Below the pieces are notes generated by a model. The model was not told the DNA's origin, did not search any database, and saw only the letters and a program-made list of their open reading frames with translations. A stretch of DNA of 64,000 nt from assembly GCA_043765155.1 (NCBI GenBank), contig JAYUJP010000027.1:1349-65348 (forward strand), in the 5' to 3' direction. The position numbers and the translations under genes were made by a program. This DNA is from a bacterium. Lineage in GTDB: Bacteria; Patescibacteriota; Minisyncoccia; Phycocordibacterales; UBA5272. Within the stretch, counting starts at the first letter, position 1; every line of letters starts with the position of its first letter. Positions 1 to 9,787 of the stretch are shown piece by piece.

Positions 1-6
1 CCATCT

Positions 7-675
7 GTGGTAGGAGGTATAGCATTTATACCTGGTCAAAGTGTTAATAATAACCCCATAAAAAATGTATTAGGTCTAAACCCAGAATCTAATCAAAATA
101 CTAATATCAAAAATTGTGAACCACTTTTAACAAAAGATATAATTTTAGGAGGTAATAATGACAGCATACAGGTTAATAATATTATTAGATATTTAAATGA
201 ATACCACCTAGAAAAATTAGCAGTGGATGGTACTTATGACAAAGATGACTTTGATGCGGTTAAGCGTTTTCAGGCAAAGTATATAAAGACAGTAATAAAT
301 GTATGGGGTGGTGAGGCACCAACAGGAATAGTGTCTATATATACAAGGGGACAGATAAATGTACTCAGATGCGCACAGACTACCAGCTGCCCATATTTTA
401 CCGAGTATGTAAAATTAGGCACAGTTAGTCTAGAAGTTTCTAGAATTAAGAATTATCTTAACTTACTTATGGGCGAGTCATTGGTTGTGAATAATACTTT
501 TGATAAAAATCTATTTGAAGCTGTCAAAAAGTATCAAGCAGTATATGGCACAGAAGTTCTAAGTCCATGGGGATTAAAAGAGTCTACAGGTTACTGGTAT
601 AAGACGACGCGTTATGCAGCTAATATTATTGTTAACTGTAAAGAAAAATCTTTTCCAGTTTTAGAGGGGAGATAG
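7..675 (+). CDS. Secreted protein with two peptidoglycan-binding (PG_binding_1-like) repeats. The true start may lie upstream of the window.
   Basis: Two copies of the L..DG.F..xT..AVK.FQ motif (VDGTYDKDDFDAVKRFQAKY and VVNNTFDKNLFEAVKKYQAVYG). The ORF begins at the window edge. Confidence 0.5.
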   Translation: MVGGIAFIPGQSVNNNPIKNVLGLNPESNQNTNIKNCEPLLTKDIILGGNNDSIQVNNIIRYLNEYHLEKLAVDGTYDKDDFDAVKRFQAKYIKTVINVWGGEAPTGIVSIYTRGQINVLRCAQTTSCPYFTEYVKLGTVSLEVSRIKNYLNLLMGESLVVNNTFDKNLFEAVKKYQAVYGTEVLSPWGLKESTGYWYKTTRYAANIIVNCKEKSFPVLEGR

Positions 676-718
676 GATACGAGAGGTGAAATAAATAAGT
701 TAAGATCATAAAAGTCAT

Positions 719-1198
719 ATGCAAAGTAAAAATATAAAAATAAATAAAGTAAATAAAATAAAAACTTTGGAAACTAAAAAATCCAAAGTTACAAAAAGAA
801 GAAAAGTTAGCATGCTAAAACTTTTTGGATTGTTTGCTATTATTTGTATTATATTATTTTGCATATATAAGAGCACTACCTTTATGTACGGTGAGACCAG
901 TAATTATATATCAAGCATAAAAGATAAATATCTCGCAAATAAAAATCAAAACATAATATCTACTAATATCACAAAGCAAGAGGACAAAGACATAATAAAA
1001 GATATATCTGAAAAGATAGATTTGCCGACCGAGGAGATAACTTTATTTGCTCGTATCAAAAACCCAGAAATATTAAGATCCAAGTCGACATTCTACTCAG
1101 CAATAAAAGAAAATGATTACTTGGTAGTGTACCCGTCCCTTGCTATTATATACGACGCCAAGAGTAATACTGTATTAAAATCGTCACCAATAAGATGA
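719..1198 (+). CDS. Hypothetical membrane-anchored protein with a Lys-rich N-terminus and one TM segment
   Basis: ORF track. Hydrophobic segment LKLFGLFAIICIILFCIY. No recognisable domain. Confidence 0.4.
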   Translation: MQSKNIKINKVNKIKTLETKKSKVTKRRKVSMLKLFGLFAIICIILFCIYKSTTFMYGETSNYISSIKDKYLANKNQNIISTNITKQEDKDIIKDISEKIDLPTEEITLFARIKNPEILRSKSTFYSAIKENDYLVVYPSLAIIYDAKSNTVLKSSPIR

Positions 1199-1226
1199 TT
1201 CTAGAATAATAATAAAAATTAACAAA

Positions 1227-4200
1227 ATGAAAACAAATACTCCTCAAAACTCAATACATCTCAAACCATCTCTCACCCAGATATATTTTAAGGTATTTGC
1301 TTTTGTAATCATCGTCTCTACTTTATTCTCTGGAATCTCCCCCGCTTTTGCCGCCCTCCCCCAGTCCCTCTCCTACACCGCCGTCCTCCGCGACTCCACT
1401 GGCACCCCCCTCACCGGCACCAACGACTTTAAAGTGCGCTATTACGACGCTAGTACAGCAGGTATACTAATGTATGAAGAAGAATTCTTAGCAACCACTA
1501 TAAACACAGGAGGTACCTTCTTTCTCCCTCTAGGTACAGGATTACCAATAAGTGGTACCTTCTCTAGTATTAACTTCAATTCTCCTGTATTCATTACTCT
1601 AAATACTAGAATAAACTTAACTCCTACCTATGACGGAGAGATGAACCCTCGTATACCACTAAGATCAGTCCCCTACGCCCTTAACTCACAAAAGCTAGAT
1701 GGTAGAATAGTCGGAGGAGCAAATGGTGTAGTAGCCTATGATGCGTCATCCACCATTAACACTAATGGGCTGAATGCGAGCGGCACCATTAACGCTCTTG
1801 GTAATGTAAACATAGCGGGGACCACAACTGCTAGTAGTATATTTTCTACACTGATTAATTCTATTACAGGGATATTTTCTAATTTGTTTTTGACGAGTGT
1901 AGCGACTGGTACAGCTTCTGACTCAGTACTGGTAAGGGATACAGTAACAGGAGAAGTAAAGCAAGATACATTTGCTAACCTACTATCATCAGCTATTACT
2001 AATACTATATCTTTTGCGACGAGTACTAATGTGCTGACGAGTAATGTGGGAGGGGTGATCTCTACAACAGCTATTCCAGCTGGTGCATCATGTATACCAG
2101 GGGGGTCTTCTCCACTAACCAATGAATGCCAGGGTACTAGTGCCTTACAAGCTAATACAACAGGCGTACGTAATTCTGCTTTTGGAGATCTTACTCTTGC
2201 TTCGAATACAGTAGGAGTTTCAAATACGGCCTTGGGTTATTCTGCGCTCGCTGCTAATGTATCAGGAAGTAACAACGGAGCATTTGGAGGATTCTCATTA
2301 TTTAAAAATGTTAGCGGTAACGGTAACTTGGCTAATGGTATTAGCTCACTTTTTAATAATGTAAGCGGGTCACGTAATACTGGAGTTGGTAATTTTTCGC
2401 TTACTAAACTTGTAACCGGAGTAGAAAATATAGCTATTGGATTCAACGCTGGGTTTAGCCAGCTTGGAGGTGACAGCAATATAATAATAGGTTCAAATCT
2501 TGATGTCCCAGATCTTAATGGATCTAATCAGTTAAATATTGGAGACATAATATATGGTGTTGGTGTATCGACTAGCGGTGGAGGAAATATTGGTATAGGT
2601 ACAACCACACCAAACGCGCAGTTCACAACAACAGGCTCAGTGCAATTTGCGGGAATTGGAAATAGCGCCACCAACACAAATATATTAACCGTTGACGCGG
2701 CTGGTAATGTAGAGACAAGAAGCATAGTCTCTCTGCTTGCTGCTTCAGCCAGCACAACAAATATAGTTAGCTTTGCAACCTCTACTAATATATTTACCAG
2801 TAATGTTAATGGGGTAGTGAGTACTACAAGTTTGGCGGGGTTAGTAAAAAACACAAAATGGTACTCTGAAAACTTAGCTGCACCTATAATTGCACCTGTT
2901 GCCACTGGGCTAGCATCTATCGCGGTTGGAGATGGAGCGGCTGCAACAGGACGAAATATATATGCATTTGGTGATGAGGCAGGTAGAGGTAGTAATAGTT
3001 CATATTCTAACTTTTTTGGATGGAGGGCTGGTAAAAATTCTGGCAATGGTGGTACATCCGAGAATAATTTCTTTGGTATAGCGGCAGGAGAAGGAGCAAC
3101 AAATGTTGCGGGTGGAAACTTTTTTGGAAGTAGGTCTGGAGGAGACGCTATAAATGCCAGCTTCTCAAATTTCTTTGGGGAAAGTGCAGGAGAGCTTGCG
3201 ATAAGGGCCAGCTTCTCAAATTTCTTTGGACGGGCTGCAGGATCTGGAGCAATTAACGCCAACAATTCGAACTTCTTTGGACTTGAAGCTGGTCGTAACG
3301 CGTCAAATGCATATGGTTCAAATTTTTATGGAGTAGGCGCAGGATATGAAGCAATTAATGCCAACAACTCTAATTTCCTTGGTACAGGTGCTGGTAATTT
3401 TGCTACAAATGCCGCTAACTCTATATTTATAGGTACCAATGCTGGAACAAGTGACCTCGTAGATAATACTACTGGTGGTACAAGTATACTCATAGGAAGA
3501 AATACAAACACTGGAGGATTTTCAAACTCTATCGCAATAGGTGAGAGTGCGATAAATGATAGGGTTAATCAATTCTTAGTGGGACCTAATTATTCCGACT
3601 TTTCATTTAGAGGAGTTAACTATGTCTTTCCTGCTAGTCAGGGAGCGACTGGTACAACCCTTGTGAATGATGGCTCAGGAGTATTAAGCTGGGCAGCTGC
3701 TGGAGCTAGCACTTCCACAAATGCCTGGAGTCTACTTGGCAATGCTGGGACTAACCCCGCAGTTAATTTTATAGGAACAACAGATGCGCAAGACTTTATC
3801 ATAAGGACAGATAATGTGCAGACAGGTAAAATAAGTGCAGATGGCACAGTTATATCTTTTGGGATAAATGCTGGAGTCGGCACCACTAATGCACTAAGCT
3901 CAAGTTTTATTGGCGTAAATTCTGGAAGCGGAGCAATAAACGCCTTTTTTTCAAACTTCTTTGGCCAAAATGCTGGTGCTAATGTTATTAACGCTAACAG
4001 ATCAAACTTTATTGGAATAAATGCCGGCAATGGTGCATCTGCTGCTCAGTACTCTAACTTGTTTGGATTTAACGCTGGAGTTGACGCCACTAATGCTATC
4101 CATTCTAACTTTATTGGTACTGGATCTGGACAAGATGCAATCAACTCGCAACGTTCTAACTTTATAGGATTTGATGCTGGTGCAGGAGCTCCAGCTGCAT

Positions 4201-7200
4201 CCAATTCAAACTTCTTTGGATCCAGTGCTGGATTTAATGCTTTTAACGCAAGTAGTTCTAACTTTATTGGTAATAGTGCTGGATTTGCAGCATCTAACGC
4301 TAACGCCTCAAACTTCTTTGGACCTGCTGCTGGATTTGGCGCGACTGGCGCAGATAACTCAAATTTTATCGGTGCTCAATCTGGACAGGACGCAATTAAT
4401 TCAAGATTTTCTAATTTTGTAGGGTATGCAGCCGGCTCGGGAGCTTTGAACGCAGATAATTCCAACTTTTTTGGCCAAAATGCGGGGTCTAATACAAATG
4501 GTGCGGCTAGTTCAAACTTCTTTGGATCCAGTGCTGGATTTGGTGCGACTGGCGCTGCTAATTCTAACTTTTTTGGTACCAATGCTGGAAATAGTTCTGC
4601 TAATGCTGGCAACTCTAACTTCTTTGGTCTGAGTGCTGGATTTTTTGCAATTAACGCAAATAATTCCAATTTCTTTGGTGCAAATGCTGGACTTGCTGCT
4701 GCTGACGCCGCCAACTCGAACTTCTTTGGACTTGAAGCTGGTAGTTACGCATCAAATGCATATGGTTCAAATTTTTATGGAGTAAGCGCAGGATACGGAG
4801 CCGTTAATGCTAATAATTCTAACTTCTTTGGTACTGGTGCTGGTAATATTGCTACAAATGCCGCTAATTCTATATTTATAGGTACCAATGCTGGAGCGAG
4901 TGACATTGTAGATAATACTGCTGGTGGTACAAGCATATTAATAGGTAGTGGCAGTAATACTGGCGGCTTCTCAAACTCTATTGCTCTCGGCGCTAATGCA
5001 GTTAATACCAAAACAAATCAATTCTTAGTCGGACCAGATTATTCTGACTTTTCATTCCGTGGAATTAATTACACTTTTCCAAGTGTTCAAGGAAATGCCG
5101 GTGATACATTGACCAATGATGGTACGGGAGTATTAAGCTGGTCAACTTTAACCGGTGGAGGAAGGCCGATTACCGCATCAAATGGTCTTACATTATTAGG
5201 GGTAGACGTGAAGCTGGGGGGAGCGCTTAGTCAGGATACTTCTATAACACAAGGCGCTTTTGATTTAAGTTTCGCTAGAAATGGTTATGAGCTTCAAAAT
5301 TCTAATGCGGCCCCATATCTTGGTATTGGCGGAGCTATAACTGCTAATAATTTTGTTGGTGCTCGTTATACTGATGCTACTAGCGACGTTCAAAATGGTG
5401 TAATACAATTTGGCGGTCCGCGCCTTGCGAGCTTAAGAAGTTATAATAATAGTTTTGGGTATGAGACCGACTCCTCAATTTATGCTTCTCAGTCTGGTCT
5501 AAATTTACTTTTTAATGATAGTAACTCGGTAAATACAAGCGCAAATGTTGATGTGAATGGTCTGATCGTAAGTACTAGTGATGTTACAAGTAGCAATACG
5601 GGATTTCTTGGTCTTACAAATTCGGGTACAGCAAATTTTACAGTATCTGGTCCTAGCATATCTAGCGGACTATCGCTCAATAATGTCTCCGGCTCAGTGA
5701 GGCTATCTCAGCAGATTTTTGGCACAACACAGTCTATGAACATAGTCTCTGGAGGTATAGAATTTGATACACAGTCTACAAATAGATTTCGTATAGAAAA
5801 TAACGGAGACTTAAAAGCATTTGCATATGGATCTGGCAGAAATGATACAAGTGTCAGTACGCCATTTAACTTTTTATATACTGACTCAACAGGAGTCTTA
5901 TCGTCAGCACCTATTTCACTACTCGGGGGTAATGCCAGCAGCAGTATTATAGCAAGTAACGGACTTAACGCATCTGGCACAAATATAAAACTCGGTGGTG
6001 TGCTAACTCAAAATACAAATATAAACTTTGCTACAAATACTCTCACCTTTGACCAGAGTAACTTAAATTCTCGTTTTAAAATAAAAGGAGCGAGTGGATA
6101 TTCTACCCCATCAAATAGAACCCAATCTCTTTTTGAGGCTGAGCATTATGCAAATGCTGGATTCTCGATAGAAAGTTTTGAAAGTGGCCCACTCCTCGCA
6201 AATAAACATGGGACCAAATTAAATTTTACCAATAATCTATCTAACCCCTCTCTTGATCCTCTGGGCTCGTATATTAGAGGTGATAATCTTACAGGTGACT
6301 TTGAGTTTGGCACTAATGCGGGAGAGTCCGTAACATTAGGATCAGGTGGAGTTAGCGTTAATTCAAATAGTTTTATTTATCTATTTGGTAGTGATATACA
6401 ATTATACTCGCCAATAGTAAATTTTAGTCAATTTGGTAGCACTAGAGATGATAGTGCCTCTACTACACCGTCTAATTTTCTATATACAGATATTAACGGC
6501 TCTTTAAAATCTGCGCCAGTATCACTACTCGGTGGTAACTCGACTAGCTCATGGTCTCTGCTTGGCAATGCTGGCACTAATCCTGCAACTACCTTTTTAG
6601 GTACTACAGATGCACAAGACTTATCTATCAGAACTAATAATACAGAAGTTGCAAGGTTTGGGCAAAATAATAATTTTGCATTTGGTGTTGGTGCTCAGGC
6701 TGTTAACTCAGATAGCATAGCTATGGGAGCAGGAGCAGGAGCAGGAGCAACTAATGCACCATTTTCTAACTTCTTTGGGTCTGGTGCTGGATTTGGAGCT
6801 ATAAATGCAGCTAACTCTATATTTATAGGTACAAATGCTGGTGCAAATGACGCAGTAAATAATACTCTTGGTGCCGATACAAGTATACTCATAGGTAACA
6901 ATACAAACACAGGAGGATTTTCAAATTCTATCGCACTCGGTGAGGGAGCGGTAAACACATCTGCAAATCAGCTTTACATTAGGAACGCGATTACTAATTT
7001 TAATCTAGCTGGAGTAAATTACAGTTTTCCAACTGTGCAAGGCGCTCTTAATACTACTCTGAGTAACGATGGAAATGGAAACTTAACCTGGGTTGCACCC
7101 GGAGCAGGATCTATCACAGCATCAAATGGACTTAACGCTGTCGGAGTAGATGTAAGACTGGGTGGTGCTTTAAACACCCCAACTACAATAAACGCAACTG

Positions 7201-9785
7201 GAACAAACGACTTAACCATTTCCGGTACGTCGTATTCAAATAGTACGGGACTGTTTTCGGTCAACAGATTTGCAGGCACCTCAAACGCTGGAGCTGCAAT
7301 ACAAGCCAATTCTACCGCTGGTGCTGGACTTAATATGCTACAAAATGTAGGAGGTAGATTTGATGCTGTTAGTTTTGCTAATGGAGCGGGTACTAATTAT
7401 GGAACCCTGAACACAGCTAGCTTGGGACAGTCTGATACCTTTGCTACAAATGTGGGATCTAGAAGTGTGGCATCTATGAGTATAGGTGGTGGTAGCGTAG
7501 GCCAGTTACGCGGAGCTGAGAATGTTTCTAGTATCACAAATGGATCCGCTGGTAGAGCTTTTGGATCTTTGAATGAAGTAAATTTACAAAATGGTACAAG
7601 TGTAAATGAAGCATATGGTGTATTTACTGCTCTGAGTAAGCCAAGTGGTGCAACAGTAGGTAGATACTCAGGCTTTATTATGGAGGATAATAATACTGGT
7701 GTCGCTAATAGAGCAGGTCTTGCCTTGGTCTCACTTTCTAGTGTAAATTATACTGGCGAATGGGGTATATATAATGCTCTGAATAGAAATAATGCAATTA
7801 ATGGATCACTGATGGTGGGATCTACCACAGCACCAACAGAAAGACTAGACGTAGCGGGTAATCTCAGACTAAGAGGTGCCTTTATGCCGGGCAATCAGGC
7901 TGGTGGAGTGGGGTCACTACTCATATCTCAGGGTCCTAACGTTGCGCCAATATGGTCCAGTACTTCTACACTCGGATTATTGTCTAGTGCAAATAATGGC
8001 CTAACAGTAAACCCGGCAGGCAATGCGCAGCTTGGTGGTGGTCTATTACAAGACACAACTATTATCAATAATAACTTTGCGCTAGATATTGGTACAGGTA
8101 TAAATGGTCTTAAGGTAGCAGCTAATGGGCAAGTGGGTATTGGAAATAATATTGGAGCTATTCCAGGTGCAACTCTCTTAGTAAAAGATACAGTGGCGGG
8201 ATTTGCCTCACTCAATGTAGTCGGAGGGACTTCTGGAGGAGGAGCAATTACTAGATTTATAAATGACACTGGAGCGACTTACTTAACTGGTCTATCAGGT
8301 TCAAATAATAGTGCGCTTGGACTAGGTAATTATATTATACGCGATCAAAATGCAGGATTAAACAGATTGGTAGTAGCCTCAAATGGTAATGTAGGAATAG
8401 GAGATTTTACAAATGTGAATCCAGTAGAAAAGCTATCTGTAGCTGGAAATATAAACATATCTTCTGGTAGTGCTTATATGCTTAATGGTGTGAATGTGTT
8501 AAGATCACAAACCGCTTTGAATAATATTTATGCTGGTCCAGCTGGAAATCTAACTGGTACAGGTCAATACAATACCGCTATAGGATATGATTCATTTAAT
8601 GTAAACACTACTGGACAGCAAAACACTGCGACCGGTTTTCATTCTATGAATGGTAACACCACAGGTTCATTTAACACTGCAAATGGTCTAAATTCACTGT
8701 ATTTCAACTCTACAGGGAGTAACAATAACGCATTTGGATATAATGCTCTCTTTAGAACAACTTCATCTGGAAATAATGCATTCGGTAATGCTGCTTTGCA
8801 AGAAAATGTAAGTGGGATAGATAATGTGGCTATGGGTAATTCAACATTATCATTTTCATTAGGAAATACTAACTCAGCTTTTGGTTCGGCAGCCGGCGCA
8901 CTTTTAGTAAACGGTAATAATAATACCTTCAGTGGCTACAAAGCTGGTTTTGCTCAAACAGCAGGTAGCAACAACTTGGTGCTTGGCGCAAATACGGATC
9001 TTGCAAACCTTACAGGTTCTAATCAGTTAAATATTGCAAATATTATTTTTGGTACAGGACTCACTGGTTCAGTTAGCGCACCGCTAGGTAATATAGGCCT
9101 CGGCACCACCACCCCCGCCGAGCGCCTTCAAGTCCTCGGCGACATCCGTATAGGTACAAGTGGTGTTAACGGCTGTCTCCAGAACTTTGCAGGTACGGCT
9201 ATAGCTGGTGTATGTAGTTCAGATGAAAACCTAAAGATAAATATACAAGATCTAGCTACTAGCACAATGGACAAATTCTCAAAATTAAGATTCGTCTCAT
9301 ATAACTGGAACAACACAGCAGGTGAATTATACAAAAAGGATACTACTGCCACCAATACGGGTATATTAGCGCAACAAGTAGAAGGTATATTCCCAGAACT
9401 AGTAACTACAGATAATAAAGGATACAAGGTAGTAGATATCTCAACTCTGTTTATGTATAGTATGCAAGTAACCAGAGACCTAATAAATAGATTAGACGCA
9501 GAAGTCATTAATCTTAAGAATATAGTAGCGAGCTCCCTCACCGCTGAGCGTATATATGTAAAGAGGGTAGAGGCGGAGGAGGTAATAACACAAAAGTTAT
9601 GTGTTAAAAGCGCGTGCGTGACCGAAACAGAATTTTTAGAAATTATAAATAATAGAAACAACACAAGCGCTAACAATAATATAAATACAAATACAAATAC
9701 AAATACAAATACAACAACAGATACTATGAGCACAAGTACTCAAGATGTACCAGCAGCTACTAGTACAGAAATAGTAATACCTTAA
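1227..9785 (+). CDS. Giant (2852 aa) secreted glycine-rich repeat fibre protein with a C-terminal intramolecular-chaperone (Peptidase S74 / endosialidase-chaperone-like) domain
   Basis: N-terminal signal peptide. About 30 tandem ~20-aa units of type SNFFGxxAGxxAxNAxx. Tail-fibre-like motifs WSLLGNAGTNPAVNFIGTTDAQD and NIGIGTTTPxxxLxVxG. C-terminal CSSDENLKINIQDL...LRFVSYNWNN...GILAQQVEGIFPELV...GYKVVDISTLFMYSMQ matches the S74 auto-cleaving chaperone (Ser-x4-Lys). Ends in an NTNTNT tail. Confidence 0.8.
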   Translation: MKTNTPQNSIHLKPSLTQIYFKVFAFVIIVSTLFSGISPAFAALPQSLSYTAVLRDSTGTPLTGTNDFKVRYYDASTAGILMYEEEFLATTINTGGTFFLPLGTGLPISGTFSSINFNSPVFITLNTRINLTPTYDGEMNPRIPLRSVPYALNSQKLDGRIVGGANGVVAYDASSTINTNGLNASGTINALGNVNIAGTTTASSIFSTLINSITGIFSNLFLTSVATGTASDSVLVRDTVTGEVKQDTFANLLSSAITNTISFATSTNVLTSNVGGVISTTAIPAGASCIPGGSSPLTNECQGTSALQANTTGVRNSAFGDLTLASNTVGVSNTALGYSALAANVSGSNNGAFGGFSLFKNVSGNGNLANGISSLFNNVSGSRNTGVGNFSLTKLVTGVENIAIGFNAGFSQLGGDSNIIIGSNLDVPDLNGSNQLNIGDIIYGVGVSTSGGGNIGIGTTTPNAQFTTTGSVQFAGIGNSATNTNILTVDAAGNVETRSIVSLLAASASTTNIVSFATSTNIFTSNVNGVVSTTSLAGLVKNTKWYSENLAAPIIAPVATGLASIAVGDGAAATGRNIYAFGDEAGRGSNSSYSNFFGWRAGKNSGNGGTSENNFFGIAAGEGATNVAGGNFFGSRSGGDAINASFSNFFGESAGELAIRASFSNFFGRAAGSGAINANNSNFFGLEAGRNASNAYGSNFYGVGAGYEAINANNSNFLGTGAGNFATNAANSIFIGTNAGTSDLVDNTTGGTSILIGRNTNTGGFSNSIAIGESAINDRVNQFLVGPNYSDFSFRGVNYVFPASQGATGTTLVNDGSGVLSWAAAGASTSTNAWSLLGNAGTNPAVNFIGTTDAQDFIIRTDNVQTGKISADGTVISFGINAGVGTTNALSSSFIGVNSGSGAINAFFSNFFGQNAGANVINANRSNFIGINAGNGASAAQYSNLFGFNAGVDATNAIHSNFIGTGSGQDAINSQRSNFIGFDAGAGAPAASNSNFFGSSAGFNAFNASSSNFIGNSAGFAASNANASNFFGPAAGFGATGADNSNFIGAQSGQDAINSRFSNFVGYAAGSGALNADNSNFFGQNAGSNTNGAASSNFFGSSAGFGATGAANSNFFGTNAGNSSANAGNSNFFGLSAGFFAINANNSNFFGANAGLAAADAANSNFFGLEAGSYASNAYGSNFYGVSAGYGAVNANNSNFFGTGAGNIATNAANSIFIGTNAGASDIVDNTAGGTSILIGSGSNTGGFSNSIALGANAVNTKTNQFLVGPDYSDFSFRGINYTFPSVQGNAGDTLTNDGTGVLSWSTLTGGGRPITASNGLTLLGVDVKLGGALSQDTSITQGAFDLSFARNGYELQNSNAAPYLGIGGAITANNFVGARYTDATSDVQNGVIQFGGPRLASLRSYNNSFGYETDSSIYASQSGLNLLFNDSNSVNTSANVDVNGLIVSTSDVTSSNTGFLGLTNSGTANFTVSGPSISSGLSLNNVSGSVRLSQQIFGTTQSMNIVSGGIEFDTQSTNRFRIENNGDLKAFAYGSGRNDTSVSTPFNFLYTDSTGVLSSAPISLLGGNASSSIIASNGLNASGTNIKLGGVLTQNTNINFATNTLTFDQSNLNSRFKIKGASGYSTPSNRTQSLFEAEHYANAGFSIESFESGPLLANKHGTKLNFTNNLSNPSLDPLGSYIRGDNLTGDFEFGTNAGESVTLGSGGVSVNSNSFIYLFGSDIQLYSPIVNFSQFGSTRDDSASTTPSNFLYTDINGSLKSAPVSLLGGNSTSSWSLLGNAGTNPATTFLGTTDAQDLSIRTNNTEVARFGQNNNFAFGVGAQAVNSDSIAMGAGAGAGATNAPFSNFFGSGAGFGAINAANSIFIGTNAGANDAVNNTLGADTSILIGNNTNTGGFSNSIALGEGAVNTSANQLYIRNAITNFNLAGVNYSFPTVQGALNTTLSNDGNGNLTWVAPGAGSITASNGLNAVGVDVRLGGALNTPTTINATGTNDLTISGTSYSNSTGLFSVNRFAGTSNAGAAIQANSTAGAGLNMLQNVGGRFDAVSFANGAGTNYGTLNTASLGQSDTFATNVGSRSVASMSIGGGSVGQLRGAENVSSITNGSAGRAFGSLNEVNLQNGTSVNEAYGVFTALSKPSGATVGRYSGFIMEDNNTGVANRAGLALVSLSSVNYTGEWGIYNALNRNNAINGSLMVGSTTAPTERLDVAGNLRLRGAFMPGNQAGGVGSLLISQGPNVAPIWSSTSTLGLLSSANNGLTVNPAGNAQLGGGLLQDTTIINNNFALDIGTGINGLKVAANGQVGIGNNIGAIPGATLLVKDTVAGFASLNVVGGTSGGGAITRFINDTGATYLTGLSGSNNSALGLGNYIIRDQNAGLNRLVVASNGNVGIGDFTNVNPVEKLSVAGNINISSGSAYMLNGVNVLRSQTALNNIYAGPAGNLTGTGQYNTAIGYDSFNVNTTGQQNTATGFHSMNGNTTGSFNTANGLNSLYFNSTGSNNNAFGYNALFRTTSSGNNAFGNAALQENVSGIDNVAMGNSTLSFSLGNTNSAFGSAAGALLVNGNNNTFSGYKAGFAQTAGSNNLVLGANTDLANLTGSNQLNIANIIFGTGLTGSVSAPLGNIGLGTTTPAERLQVLGDIRIGTSGVNGCLQNFAGTAIAGVCSSDENLKINIQDLATSTMDKFSKLRFVSYNWNNTAGELYKKDTTATNTGILAQQVEGIFPELVTTDNKGYKVVDISTLFMYSMQVTRDLINRLDAEVINLKNIVASSLTAERIYVKRVEAEEVITQKLCVKSACVTETEFLEIINNRNNTSANNNINTNTNTNTNTTTDTMSTSTQDVPAATSTEIVIP

Positions 9786-9787
9786 AT

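Noticed and set aside
1736-9733. Numerous minus-strand ORFs inside the giant gene (1736..2122, 2528..3265, 3638..4030, 4376..4714, 9128..9733 and others), rich in P/A/L/K
   Set aside because: They are antisense to Gly/Asn/Ser-rich repeat codons (GGN to NCC gives Pro/Ala). They lie fully nested in a long intact sense ORF that has clear domain content.
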